A stretch of DNA of 64,000 nt from an uncultured Nitrospiraceae bacterium (GCA_963727805.1 CAVSHF010000003.1:1056001-1120000); one strand, 5' to 3'. Shown: positions 42,028-51,858, counted from the first letter of the stretch. The notes: generated by a model from the sequence alone, not told the origin. Made by a program: numbers and translations.

Positions 42028-42526
42028 GAGATTTTTGATATTTGTAAGTCAGCCAGGGGTTCTGTTGCAAGAAATCTGAGTGAAGAGGTTGCCGTCGCTT
42101 TATTGTGCTTCGACGTAAGTCGTGCCTCTGGAGAAACTCGTCGCCCAAGTTGCAATTCGTTCCAAAGGTCCGCAAGCAGCAAACTGCCGAAACTGCTAGC
42201 TTTTTTTACCGTTATCCTCAATAGTCAATAAATCCTGAAATAGCGGTGGAGTGGCTGTAACTGCCCTCGGCAGGTCTTTCCAAAGGCGTTTATTTCCGAA
42301 TGAACTGTTGCTAAAGTTTCGGTCTTCTGAAAGTGCGTAGTTGTCGGTGCACCAAACATCCAGAAGGAGCTGCCCGCCACTGATAGTTACGGGGCGAACA
42401 TCTCGCTTCTATCGATCCAGATCGCTGCGTGTTGCAAGAATTCACTCGCCGAAGCAGCGCCGATAGATTATTTCGAAGATAATCATCAGATTGCCGATAT
42501 TGGCGGCACTGATGGTTTTCAGTCAA

Positions 42527-43723
42527 CTATACAGCAGCCACCTCCTTTTTAAACGGCATTCTGTGTGTAAGCATAGAAAAGATCACTCTTATTAGCTTGT
42601 GAGAGGTCGCCATTAATGCTTTCATCGGAGGCAATCCCTCAGCCTTCCTTCTGAGATAATATTGTCTGAATATATTGTCAGACCTCACTGCACAAAGTGT
42701 CATTATATGGACGACGCGCCTCAGATGACGATTTCCTCGTTTTGATATTTTACTTGGCCCCACATGATTCCCTGACTGGTGTGTAGATGGATCAAGCCCC
42801 ATGAAAGCAATCAAACTCTTATATGATTTGAAGTTGGACAACTCTCCGATCTCCGCCAAAAAGCTGCATCCAGTTATGTTTTTTACTCCATCGAGAGTTT
42901 TAATGATCTCAAGATCTTCGATCCGCATTGCCTGACACGCTTCTACCAATGCCTCGGTAATCTTCTCGCACTTTTCCTGAAGATACAGGATCGTGGTTGC
43001 CTTCTCAGAGACAATAAGCTCCTTTGCTCTACCGGCTGAGCCCACCGAGCGCTTTGCCGCAGCAATAAGATCGTCGGCACTAATCTGCACTCTCTTGCGC
43101 TTCTCCCCGGGACAGATGAGAGCTTTGTCGATATCTCTCCTCTTTGCCTCGCGAACTAATCTGGCGGAGGGGTACTGTCTCAGAAAGTTCAGCATCGTCT
43201 CCGTGTAAATATTCTTGCGTAGTGTCTCAAACTCAGGGAAAGTGTTCTGCAGTAACCGTTTGAGGTCATTCTTCATTGATGCGATCATCCATGACTGAGA
43301 CTCCCGCTCCCTGGCCAGATCCCTCAAGTCCTGTGCATCCTGGGACGCAGTTACCGCGCAAAGCTTCTTTTCATTGCTCAGAAGAAACTGCGCTATGGTC
43401 ATAGCATCCTTCTTATCTGTCTTGGTCTTCCTCAATGATCCCTGAACAAATCTGGATATCAGAAGCGGATTGACTACCGCACAACGAAATCCCTCCGCGC
43501 ATAGAAAGGAAAAGAGGTTGATATGATAACAGCCGGTGGACTCCATTGCTACAGCAATATCATCCATGTTCTCAGTGCAGCCCTTAAGCGCAGCCCGAAG
43601 CTCTGTAAACCCTGCTGAGTCCATTGAGAACCTTAAGTAAAAAAGCTTCTTTTCGTTACTATCAATGCCCTGGGCAGTCGAGTACTCTTTTGCCGCATCG
43701 ATGCCTACAAATACCTTGCTCAT
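42527..43723 (-). CDS. IS110-family DEDD transposase/recombinase
   Basis: GIDAA, MESTGCY, KTDKKDA, GLDP..HQSG, ISKRGN motifs. Confidence 0.95.
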   Translation of the reverse strand: MSKVFVGIDAAKEYSTAQGIDSNEKKLFYLRFSMDSAGFTELRAALKGCTENMDDIAVAMESTGCYHINLFSFLCAEGFRCAVVNPLLISRFVQGSLRKTKTDKKDAMTIAQFLLSNEKKLCAVTASQDAQDLRDLARERESQSWMIASMKNDLKRLLQNTFPEFETLRKNIYTETMLNFLRQYPSARLVREAKRRDIDKALICPGEKRKRVQISADDLIAAAKRSVGSAGRAKELIVSEKATTILYLQEKCEKITEALVEACQAMRIEDLEIIKTLDGVKNITGCSFLAEIGELSNFKSYKSLIAFMGLDPSTHQSGNHVGPSKISKRGNRHLRRVVHIMTLCAVRSDNIFRQYYLRRKAEGLPPMKALMATSHKLIRVIFSMLTHRMPFKKEVAAV

Positions 43724-43744
43724 CTCCAAGCACCTCCCGCATAG

Positions 43745-43915
43745 GATATTAGGCAGGAATGCCTCCCAACCATATCTCCATCTTTACAAGAGCTCATCGC
43801 CCGATCAACTTATCATGGTTTTGGGAGACAGGGGACTGACTGAAAAAAGGATTCTATGACCCTGTAGAAAGCACGTCCTCCTGCCTCTTTATGAACGGTT
43901 AACAACCGTCCATAT
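43745..43915 (-). ncRNA. Predicted bridge RNA
   Basis: 5' hairpin, then a loop with TTTCTAC and TTTTCAGT matching both flanks, then a loop with AGTTGA and GGAG matching the element ends; RNA ends approximate. Confidence 0.72.
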
Positions 43916-44413
43916 TCTGGTTATACCATATTTGATGTGTAGGAGTAGAAACCTCGCCGTGGTGCGATTCTCGATGACACCTGAAAAGGTTCAGTTTGGC
44001 TGCGTTGTCGAGACTATCGATTCCCAAAAGGTAACTATCAGCATTTTAGCCAGTTTCTCACATTGCTTCCCTTAACCCTCGCATGCCTTTTATAAAACTT
44101 AGTGGCCTTTTTATAATGCCGCGATGCTAAAAAAAGCGACAGCTAAAAGCTGTTCGCGGGAAAGCTAGTTAGGCAATCCCAAGTATTGAATTAGCTCACA
44201 GAGCCCATTTCTTTTAGAAGCCGAACAAATTAGTAATTACCACTGTCCAGCGATAGGAATATCCGTAAGAATTCCATACGCAAAGCAGGCATCTTTGGTT
44301 AAGTCACCCGGCGCGCCACACCCATCTCACGTGTTTCTTGGCAATGTGAACGCCATCTTCTTCTATGTGGTCCTTGCATTGTAAGTTGATGCATTGGCGC
44401 TTTATACTAAGAC

Positions 44414-44848
44414 ATGGAACCTCATATAACAGATATTACACATGTCATTCAACTTGCAGTAGCGCCGGTCTTCCTTCTTACCGCTATTGCGACGCTTATT
44501 ACGGCCCTGAACAATCGGCTGGGTCGCATTGTCGATCGTAGACGCGTCCTGCAGGACCACTTGCGGAATCTTTCCGGCGCAGAGGCTGAGGGAATAGAGA
44601 CAGAGCTTCAGCGGCAAAGGCACCGAGGCAAGTTAATCTACTTCTCAATCTTCTCCGCTGTCTTGGGTGGATTATTGATATGCCTAGTAGTGGCGGGCGC
44701 ATTCCTTGGTGCGTTGTCGAGGGTCGACTTGTCGAAGGAGATAGCTGTTCTCTTCGTTCTTGCAATGTTTGCTCTGATCGTGTGCCTCGGGATATTTTTG
44801 CGAGAGGTTTATTTAGCAGTTTCGGGCGGAAGCAGCATCTATCGATAG
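44414..44848 (+). CDS. DUF2721-like membrane protein
   Basis: IQLAVAPVFLL...NRLGRIVDR...FLREV pattern; 3 TM helices. Confidence 0.8.
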   Translation: MEPHITDITHVIQLAVAPVFLLTAIATLITALNNRLGRIVDRRRVLQDHLRNLSGAEAEGIETELQRQRHRGKLIYFSIFSAVLGGLLICLVVAGAFLGALSRVDLSKEIAVLFVLAMFALIVCLGIFLREVYLAVSGGSSIYR

Positions 44849-44997
44849 AGTGAATGTTAATTTCTGAGTATTTTCTGAAAACGATGTCCGCTGATTGTTA
44901 TAGCAGAAAATCTGTAGCAGATTCCGCTTCCCGAAATTCCAGATTATTAGCGGAAACAAACAGCCGGAGAGAGTCGTCCGCCCCGTTTAGTCCTTGG

Positions 44998-45160
44998 TGA
45001 ACACTGTATTTCTCAGCGAGTCAGATCAAGGCGTGTCATAAGGAGGCAATCGACGTTGCGTCAATGATAGTTTTTTTTGGTAATCACGATATGCCTAGTA
45101 CTGGTAAAATCGATGACTTTCAGGTCACATCGAGAACCGACCACCGCGCTGTACTACTTA
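44998..45160 (+). repeat. Dispersed repeat, copy F (longest)
   Basis: Aligns with copy A on its left, copy C on its right, and with copy G. Confidence 0.75.
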
Positions 45161-45253
45161 TATATCCCTTTTTTTTGGGGGCTCGGTTGGAAAGTCTTCG
45201 ATGCCAAAGCCTGATATACTGAAGATATTCAAATGAATTAGATAACCGGGAGA

Positions 45254-45709
45254 ATGATAATGTTCGGCGAGATCCCCCTTAATTATGAACTGCAGCTTCT
45301 CATTCTCGTGATTGCCCTCGGCAAGGCTTATAACACCCTGGATGTTGCACACATTGAACGACTCCTTGACGACGATATCAAGTACGCAAGTCAGCAGGTT
45401 TTTTCTCCTCTTAAAGGCAAGGAGGCCGTGCTTGATTACCTGAGAAAAAAGTTCGATACGCTGAGAAACACCCCGGGATCAGAACTTTTTGCCGAGATAG
45501 GTTTTATGGGTAGCCAGGAGCGTGAATACATTAAGGCTGCTTTCGCGACAGAAGGTCAACCCTGCCTGATCCTATCGCAGGGCGGGAAGGAGAGAAAACT
45601 GGCGGTTGTGCTGGTCGAGGGACTAAAAGGTAAAATTAGCGATGTCCAACTATGCACGGTTGCACCGCATTGGTCCCAGGTGCAGGGCACCGGCGAATAT
45701 CCGGTGTAG
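45254..45709 (+). CDS. Hypothetical protein, possibly NTF2/SnoaL-like
   Basis: LLDDDIKY...LKGKEAVLDY pattern. Confidence 0.6.
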   Translation: MIMFGEIPLNYELQLLILVIALGKAYNTLDVAHIERLLDDDIKYASQQVFSPLKGKEAVLDYLRKKFDTLRNTPGSELFAEIGFMGSQEREYIKAAFATEGQPCLILSQGGKERKLAVVLVEGLKGKISDVQLCTVAPHWSQVQGTGEYPV

Positions 45710-45829
45710 TCAGGTGTTATTCACAGGCTAAATTCCTCACAGACCCTGGTTTATTATTGTCAAGTACTTTACCTTCCCCTTCTATGGGAACTTATTGGAT
45801 ATCGCATTATATGTTCCTTATGCTTAATT

Positions 45830-45990
45830 GATGTAGCACCTTGCCCAACACTGGTGATTTGAGGGTCTCTACAGAGCCCTAACCTTGCTTCATTGAGACT
45901 AAGATGCAAGCGGGGAGTTATGCATGCTACGAATGAGGGTCGGCTCAGCCGCCTTTGGGTCTGTGATGATAATCTCCCCGCCCTATGCGC
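45830..45990 (-). ncRNA. Predicted bridge/seek RNA
   Basis: Loop with TCACAGACCC and TTCGTAGC matching the two flanks, closed by stem GCGGGGAG/CTCCCCGC; second loop AGCAAGGTT matches the circle junction; RNA ends approximate. Confidence 0.78.
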
Positions 45991-46001
45991 CAAAGTATGA
46001 C

Positions 46002-47258
46002 TTATGCGGCCTCCTGTAACAATGTTATTGAGAAGTCTTTTCTGTACACGCTTTGATCACGCACGATGGCGAATATGATTCCAAGAAGTTTCCTTGCAAC
46101 GGCGATCAAAGCTTTGATCTTGGGCATTCCACGCTGGAGGTACTGTTGATATGGATGATGCATTATTCCTCCTCGGCGAACTGCATTGAGTGCGGCAAAG
46201 AACAAGAGTTTACGCAGAAGTGGGCGGCCTCGCTTGGATATGCGCCGTTTTCCCTGATGTTTACCCGAACTGATCTCATACAGGTCCAGGCCAGCGAGCT
46301 TCAGAATCTCTGAGAGGGTTCTAAACTTACGAAAATCACCAACCTCACCAATAAGACCGGCAGCTGTGACCTCCTTGATACCCTTGATCGACAGGATCGA
46401 ATCACTGTATGGGATCTGTTTCAGGTAATAGGCCATCTCTTTTTCCAGACTCTCGGTAAAGGACTCAGCTGCATCCATGATAACAAGAAGCTCTCGCATC
46501 TCACGGATAATGCTTGCCATGCCTTCAGTCACGCCCACAGATGTTTGGGCAGCCTCAAAGAGGGCCTTAGCACGGTCTTCCTTGAGTTTTCCACGGCTTA
46601 TCTTTCTGAGTGTGTTGGTCAAATTATCAAGACCATACTCGACAATATCCTTTGGTGCCGGACACTGCTTAAGTAGATATCGGGAGCTTAATATTTTCAT
46701 ATCCTTCATGACATGCAAGAATTCCGGGAAGACGATCGCAACCAGACTGTGGAGTTGATTCACTGAAGCCACAAAACGCTCATTGCTCCTCTCCCTGGCC
46801 TGTGTGAGCCTCCGAAGCTCTGCAGCCGGACCTTCCGGTATCACAACTGTCAGGGCGTGGCCGAGAGCCATGATATCGGCAATGACCTTCGGGTCTTTCT
46901 GATCGGTCTTATTCGGCGAATTGCCCTGCAAATCCTTCACCCTCTTAGTGTGCATAGGGTTAACCTGTACCATATGAACTCCTCTTGCGCGCATGAAATG
47001 CACCAAAGGCTCTGCGAACGAACCAGTAGATTCGTATCCAAACACAATGTTATCAAGATTATAGAGATTCTTGGCATGCAACACTTGGTTCCAGAACTCT
47101 TGAAAACCACCGCCGTTGTTCCAGAAAGCAAAAGGCTTCACATCGGTTCCGTCCGGACAGCGCCAGTACCCAAAATGTTTGTCTTTGCTCATATCAACAC
47201 TCACGATCAGGGTTTGTCCGTTGACTACTTTAATCTTTTTTGTTTTAATCTTATTCAT
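46002..47258 (-). CDS. IS110-family DEDD transposase/recombinase
   Basis: SVDMSK, YESTG, KTDQKD, AGLDL..SSG, ISKRGR motifs. Confidence 0.95.
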   Translation of the reverse strand: MNKIKTKKIKVVNGQTLIVSVDMSKDKHFGYWRCPDGTDVKPFAFWNNGGGFQEFWNQVLHAKNLYNLDNIVFGYESTGSFAEPLVHFMRARGVHMVQVNPMHTKRVKDLQGNSPNKTDQKDPKVIADIMALGHALTVVIPEGPAAELRRLTQARERSNERFVASVNQLHSLVAIVFPEFLHVMKDMKILSSRYLLKQCPAPKDIVEYGLDNLTNTLRKISRGKLKEDRAKALFEAAQTSVGVTEGMASIIREMRELLVIMDAAESFTESLEKEMAYYLKQIPYSDSILSIKGIKEVTAAGLIGEVGDFRKFRTLSEILKLAGLDLYEISSGKHQGKRRISKRGRPLLRKLLFFAALNAVRRGGIMHHPYQQYLQRGMPKIKALIAVARKLLGIIFAIVRDQSVYRKDFSITLLQEAA

Positions 47259-47519
47259 GGCTATACTCCTTTCTTTGGTTCGGATTTAACCAACTCGCCA
47301 ATTGGCTCCAAATCAAGAAAGAGTATAGCCTTTTTAAATGGCCATCACTACCCTTCTTAAATATAGCAAGCTACGAACCCACGTCTTCAAATACATGACC
47401 AAGGTAATGCAGCGTCTTCATTAATGAAGGCTGTCTGCTCATAGCGCCCACAACCCGGCGTATCCGGGACTGCGGTTTAAAGAAACATGCAGCTAGCTGC
47501 GATTTTGTGGCAATCTACA

Positions 47520-47675
47520 GTACTGCGCCGGCAAAGACCGATAGCTTCAATGGTGCGGATCTGCCCGTCTCATAGCGTGGTCCTGGGTCACGTCTGCGAC
47601 ATTGGTGAGTCCGGCTATGCCAGACATCCCGTTTGAGAGATTGATCAGAGTGACGTACCCGTACCGGCGTAGCAT
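47520..47675 (+). ncRNA. Predicted bridge RNA
   Basis: CTCATAG (47569-47575) equals left flank plus core; TTGAGAG (47633-47639) equals right end plus core; enclosing stems present. Confidence 0.55.
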
Positions 47676-47699
47676 TCTGGTGAGATAACGGAGGGAACT

Positions 47700-49046
47700 G
47701 TGGGAAGAAGACATCGTGCTTTGACATTGAAGCATCCAAATGCTGCTGGTATCGATGTAGGTGCAGAAAGCCATTTTGTGGCAGTACCGCCAGATCGGGA
47801 CGATGAACCGGTACGGGAGTTCAGGAGTTTTACTGAAGATTTACACCGCATAGCGCAGTGGTTGTCTAACTGTGGAGTGGACATAGTGGCGATGGAGTCC
47901 ACGGGGGTCTACTGGATATCGTTGTATGAGTTCTTAGAGTCAAAAGGATTCACGGTATATCTGGTGAATGCGCGACATGTCAAAAATGTTTCTGGTCGCA
48001 AATCGGATGTATTGGATTGTCAATGGATACAGCAGTTGATGAGTTATGGGCTTTTGTCGGGTGCCTTTAGGCCTGCAGATGAGATATGCGCATTGAGAGC
48101 AGTGTCACGGCAAAGGGAGATGCTTCTTAAGTATCAATCTCAGCATGTACAGCACATGCAGAAGGCTCTTGCGCAGATGAATATTCAGATAGTCAATGTT
48201 ATTGCAGATATCGTAGGGGAGACTGGACAAAAGATAGTGAGAGCAATAATCGCTGGAGAGCGTGACCCCTATAAGCTTGCAAGCCTGAGGAACTACCGAG
48301 TAAAAGCGAGCGAGGAAGAGATAGCAAAATCATTGCAAGGCAACTGGCGTCAAGAGCATTTGTTTGCACTTAAACAGGCCGTTGCATTATTTGATGCATA
48401 CTCGGAGCAGCTTCGTCAGTGTGATTGCCAGCTCCAGAAGATGCTTCAGGAACTGAAGCGGTATGATGGAGAGCCTACATCTATATATAGTAAAGCGAGA
48501 TCTCGCAAAAAGAACGAGCCTCAGTTTGATTTGAGGTCATATCTGGTAGGGATGTGCGGAGTGGATTTGACCCGCATTGATGGAATAGAGGTAACGACTG
48601 CGTTGAAAATAATGTCGGAGGTGGGTCCGGATCTGTCGCGGTTTCCATCCGTAAAGCACTTCACTTCATGGCTGGGTATATGTCCTGGCACTAAGATATC
48701 TGGTGGAAAGAAATTATCCGGGAAATCCAGAGCTGGCGCTAACCGTGCAGCTCAGGCGTTAAGATTAGCCGCTCATGCATTACGTGCGAGCAAGTCGGCA
48801 TTGGGAGCCTACTATCGTCGTCTATGCTCCAGATTAGACAAAGCCAAAGCAATTACAGCTGCTGCACATAAATTGGCCCGACTAGTTTATACAATGCTTA
48901 CAAGGGGAACAGAATATGTGGACAAGGGGCAGGAATACTACGAAGAACGTTATCGACAGCGTGTTGTCCATAACTTGAACAAAAAGGCTGCGGCTATGGG
49001 TTTCGTTCTTATGCCGGCTCCGGAGAAGGCCTGTGGAATGCCATGA
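47700..49046 (+). CDS. IS110-family DEDD transposase/recombinase
   Basis: GIDVG, MESTGVYW, RKSDVLD, WLGICP..KISGG motifs; GTG start with RBS GGAGG. Confidence 0.95.
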   Translation: MGRRHRALTLKHPNAAGIDVGAESHFVAVPPDRDDEPVREFRSFTEDLHRIAQWLSNCGVDIVAMESTGVYWISLYEFLESKGFTVYLVNARHVKNVSGRKSDVLDCQWIQQLMSYGLLSGAFRPADEICALRAVSRQREMLLKYQSQHVQHMQKALAQMNIQIVNVIADIVGETGQKIVRAIIAGERDPYKLASLRNYRVKASEEEIAKSLQGNWRQEHLFALKQAVALFDAYSEQLRQCDCQLQKMLQELKRYDGEPTSIYSKARSRKKNEPQFDLRSYLVGMCGVDLTRIDGIEVTTALKIMSEVGPDLSRFPSVKHFTSWLGICPGTKISGGKKLSGKSRAGANRAAQALRLAAHALRASKSALGAYYRRLCSRLDKAKAITAAAHKLARLVYTMLTRGTEYVDKGQEYYEERYRQRVVHNLNKKAAAMGFVLMPAPEKACGMP

Positions 49047-49212
49047 GATTTAAAGCTGTTTCTTGAGAGAAGATTGGGTTTGAGGATGGCACCTGTTATA
49101 ACGACATTACAGCATACTACGCGGGGGTAGACACGGGATTAGAAAAGTCTTGCTTTTTTAACATAGAAGTAATTATTTGGGATGGGAATCCTGTGTGCTC
49201 TGAAGGTAATAA

Positions 49213-49294
49213 GCGGAAATCATCGCGGCTGTTTCGGCACCACAGTGGAGTGGCTAACTAGCGCTACCATTTTTATCGATGGCATTGTACTACT
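49213..49294 (+). repeat. Dispersed repeat, copy H (diverged)
   Basis: GGAAATCATCG, ACCATTT..ATCGA (as at 29551-29568) and TGTACTACT blocks. Confidence 0.45.
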
Positions 49295-49563
49295 CAAAGC
49301 AGAAGACATCCGCACTCAATAAGGGTATTTGTTCAGCATATCTCTGACTTAACTTAATAGATCTCTAGTTAGTATCGGTTTGAAGGCGAAATCCATATTT
49401 CCCCCGACAAAGCTTTCCTGATTTATTTTGTCGGCAGTGTAGCTCTACAGAGATGAGGATAAAATGCCGGATATGAGCTATAATGGAAGCAATTGCATGT
49501 ATTGTCATACTCCGAATACGTGGACAGTGGAAGAAAGTGCCCTAAGTCTCTGCAGTCAGTGTC

Positions 49564-50625
49564 ATGAGTACCGGGGCCCTCGGACTTTCGTTCATATATT
49601 CTGATGAATCTATGAACCTCCCTCAGGACATAGCTTTTCTCATTTCCTCTTATTGGGGAATGTATGTTGTCCAAACCGTTATTCATTCCGCCATAGCCTC
49701 GATGCTCGTTGAGTGTGCGTTTCTCGCATGGACTATTCGGACGCCGCATGTGAAACAGTGGTTTCGTTTCATAGTTATTTTTTTGCCAATTGTCTCGTTT
49801 CCTCTTTACCAGCTTATGTTCCCTCGCAGAGGTGATGTATATTTCAGGATGGAAAGTTTGCTCGACAGTAATAGATGGTTTTTCATCGGGCAGTGGGGCA
49901 GCATCTCAGTGCTTGCTGTGTTCGCTTTTATGCTGGCGATTACCTCTGTTATATTCATCATTCAGGAGCTCGTGCCTATCTTCTCCCACATTCTGGAGCA
50001 AAGACATGCAGCCAACCAATCGGAGCCTGATGAGGTAGAGACAACCATGTCGCGGAAAGTGACGGAAGCACTTAAGGGGCTACCACTTGATGAGAGGTTC
50101 GTCCAGGTCATCGATGATGAAGACCTCGCGCTCTTCTCGTCTACCGGTCTGAAGCCGATGATTCATATCTCGACTGGGTTGATCGAAGCCTTTACCACTG
50201 AACATCTGCATGTGGCCTTAGCCCATGAAATCGCCCATATTCAGAGAAGCAAAAAACCCGTCCTTATTTTTGCCTATATCCTCAGGGTAATTGTTTTCTT
50301 CAACCCCATTGCTATGATTGAGTTCAGAAGGCTCGCTCACGAGGAGGAAAAAGTATGCGACGACATCGCAATTGCACTGACTGGCCAGCCCGAGAAACTC
50401 TCCGAAGCGATTGAAATGCTGCGGCCGACGCCCGAGGATTATGACGTCGACACGAGTCGGGGGGCAGAGCGTCTTGTGTCGACGCTTGAGCATTACAGTC
50501 ACGACGTCCTGCTGAAAAGTAGGGCATTAAGGATAAGAAATAGCAGCCAAGAAGTTCCCCTCTGGGGGGTTCCGTTTATAGTGACAGTAGCTCTTATTGT
50601 GAGCATCAACTATTTTATTGTATAA
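49564..50625 (+). CDS. M56/M48-like membrane zinc metallopeptidase (BlaR1 N-terminal type)
   Basis: ISTGL, HEIAH, FFNP, EEEKVCDD motifs; TM helices; true start may be 49609. Confidence 0.85.
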   Translation: MSTGALGLSFIYSDESMNLPQDIAFLISSYWGMYVVQTVIHSAIASMLVECAFLAWTIRTPHVKQWFRFIVIFLPIVSFPLYQLMFPRRGDVYFRMESLLDSNRWFFIGQWGSISVLAVFAFMLAITSVIFIIQELVPIFSHILEQRHAANQSEPDEVETTMSRKVTEALKGLPLDERFVQVIDDEDLALFSSTGLKPMIHISTGLIEAFTTEHLHVALAHEIAHIQRSKKPVLIFAYILRVIVFFNPIAMIEFRRLAHEEEKVCDDIAIALTGQPEKLSEAIEMLRPTPEDYDVDTSRGAERLVSTLEHYSHDVLLKSRALRIRNSSQEVPLWGVPFIVTVALIVSINYFIV

Positions 50626-50626
50626 A

Positions 50627-51178
50627 ATGGAAAATCAGGAAAACAAAATAGTAAAAATAATGCGAGGTCTGCTTTGGATGATCCTCGCTACCGCGGGAGT
50701 AGTAGGGCTTCTGGTTACAGCAAACCGACTGCCTTTTTTTATGCAGGAGGATTTCCCGAGACAGTTCGCTAGCCTTGATGAGGCGAAACACGTTATCGGG
50801 CTCGATAACGCCCTCATCCCTGCTTATTTCCCGGAAAGAATCTCCTGGCCCCCATCTTTTATCTTTGGGCAGAAGAGACCTGACAAGGTTCTTGTGATGG
50901 AATTTAAGGATACACTATCAGGAACCCCCACGTTGATTATAATCCAATCTTCAACGACGCGTAGCCTCACTCAGTACCAGAGGATAAGGCTCGCCGTAGT
51001 GAAACAGGAGACGGAATACGGGCTCAAAGGCAAGAAAGCTCTCCTTCAGATCGGTACATGCGATAATACATTGCCCTGCAGCCAGATCACCTGGCAGGAT
51101 GGGGGAGAGCGCTGCACAGTACTTCTCATGTCTTCCCCCTTTGAAGTCATAAAAATAGCCGAAAGCATGATCCACTGA
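50627..51178 (+). CDS. Membrane-anchored periplasmic hypothetical protein
   Basis: Single N-terminal TM, IPAYFP motif; coupled to the peptidase gene. Confidence 0.75.
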   Translation: MENQENKIVKIMRGLLWMILATAGVVGLLVTANRLPFFMQEDFPRQFASLDEAKHVIGLDNALIPAYFPERISWPPSFIFGQKRPDKVLVMEFKDTLSGTPTLIIIQSSTTRSLTQYQRIRLAVVKQETEYGLKGKKALLQIGTCDNTLPCSQITWQDGGERCTVLLMSSPFEVIKIAESMIH

Positions 51179-51236
51179 GTATCTGTCTGTCTTTTTATTC
51201 GGCTGCACCTCGCTACTTTCTCCTCTGCGACTAAGA

Positions 51237-51264
51237 ACTATTTCCTATCAATATGGGAAGTAGT
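51237..51264. promoter_or_regulatory. Inverted repeat, candidate regulator site for the redox operon
   Basis: ACTATTTCCTA-N6-TGGGAAGTAGT (9/11) with TATAAT at 51271-51276. Confidence 0.4.
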
Positions 51265-51426
51265 GCCAATTATAATCCTTTATTGGAAATGGTACGCTTG
51301 AATTAAGAAAAGGGAACAGGTGGGTGGAACAATGCTTATGAACGGTTATTTGAAGAGGCTAAAGCCCTCAGGAATGGATCAGGGGCGAGTGAATATAAAC
51401 TGCATAAGATAATGAGGAGGTGTAAG

Positions 51427-51819
51427 ATGTTTCTCTACAAAGGTGGACATTCGGTTAAAAAGGGTACGTATTGGGAATCCGAGAAAAATGAGAAAATAGT
51501 ACTGAAAGAAAGTGGTTTTCTGCCCGGAGGCGATAAGGATCTATATTTCAGGCTTCCGGAAAGCTATTTCTTAATCCCTCTGTTTCTGTTAGGCCTGGCA
51601 CTGTCGATGGCTTTTCCCTACGGCGTAGGATTTGTGGCGTTTCTCGGTCTAATAGCTCTGACCGGCGCAATCTATGCCGCAGGGTTCGCAAGTATTAAAC
51701 TCTTTAAGGAAATGTTAGGTAAAACAGCGACTTTTGGGTATGTGCCTACCACTGCATATATGACCGGTAAAAAGACAAAGAAGATCAAGAAAGACGAATC
51801 ATCGGAAGAAGAAAAATAG
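51427..51819 (+). CDS. Small membrane protein, tandem paralogue 1
   Basis: KGG..VKKGTYW, LPG, LPESY, 2 TM, FGYVP..AY.TG, Lys-rich tail; RBS GAGGAGG. Confidence 0.85.
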   Translation: MFLYKGGHSVKKGTYWESEKNEKIVLKESGFLPGGDKDLYFRLPESYFLIPLFLLGLALSMAFPYGVGFVAFLGLIALTGAIYAAGFASIKLFKEMLGKTATFGYVPTTAYMTGKKTKKIKKDESSEEEK

Positions 51820-51858
51820 AGTCTTTAAGGGATTCGGGCATAAGCGAGGAGGTATAAA

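Larger units (their letters stand above)
42524..43946 (-). mobile_element. IS110-family element with an upstream non-coding region
   Basis: Core ACT at both ends (42521-42523 and 43944-43946); the circle junction would create TTGACT-18-TATAAC. Confidence 0.85.
45748..47370 (-). mobile_element. IS110-family element with a downstream non-coding region
   Basis: Ends defined by guide matches to the flanks and the junction; TTGACA near the right end. Confidence 0.85.
47445..49069 (+). mobile_element. IS110-family element with an upstream non-coding region
   Basis: Core AG at 47443-47444 and 49068-49069 inferred from guide-like matches. Confidence 0.75.

Noticed and set aside
42240..42523. Gene interrupted by the IS at 42524
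   Set aside because: Joining the flanks gives no reading frame I can recognise.
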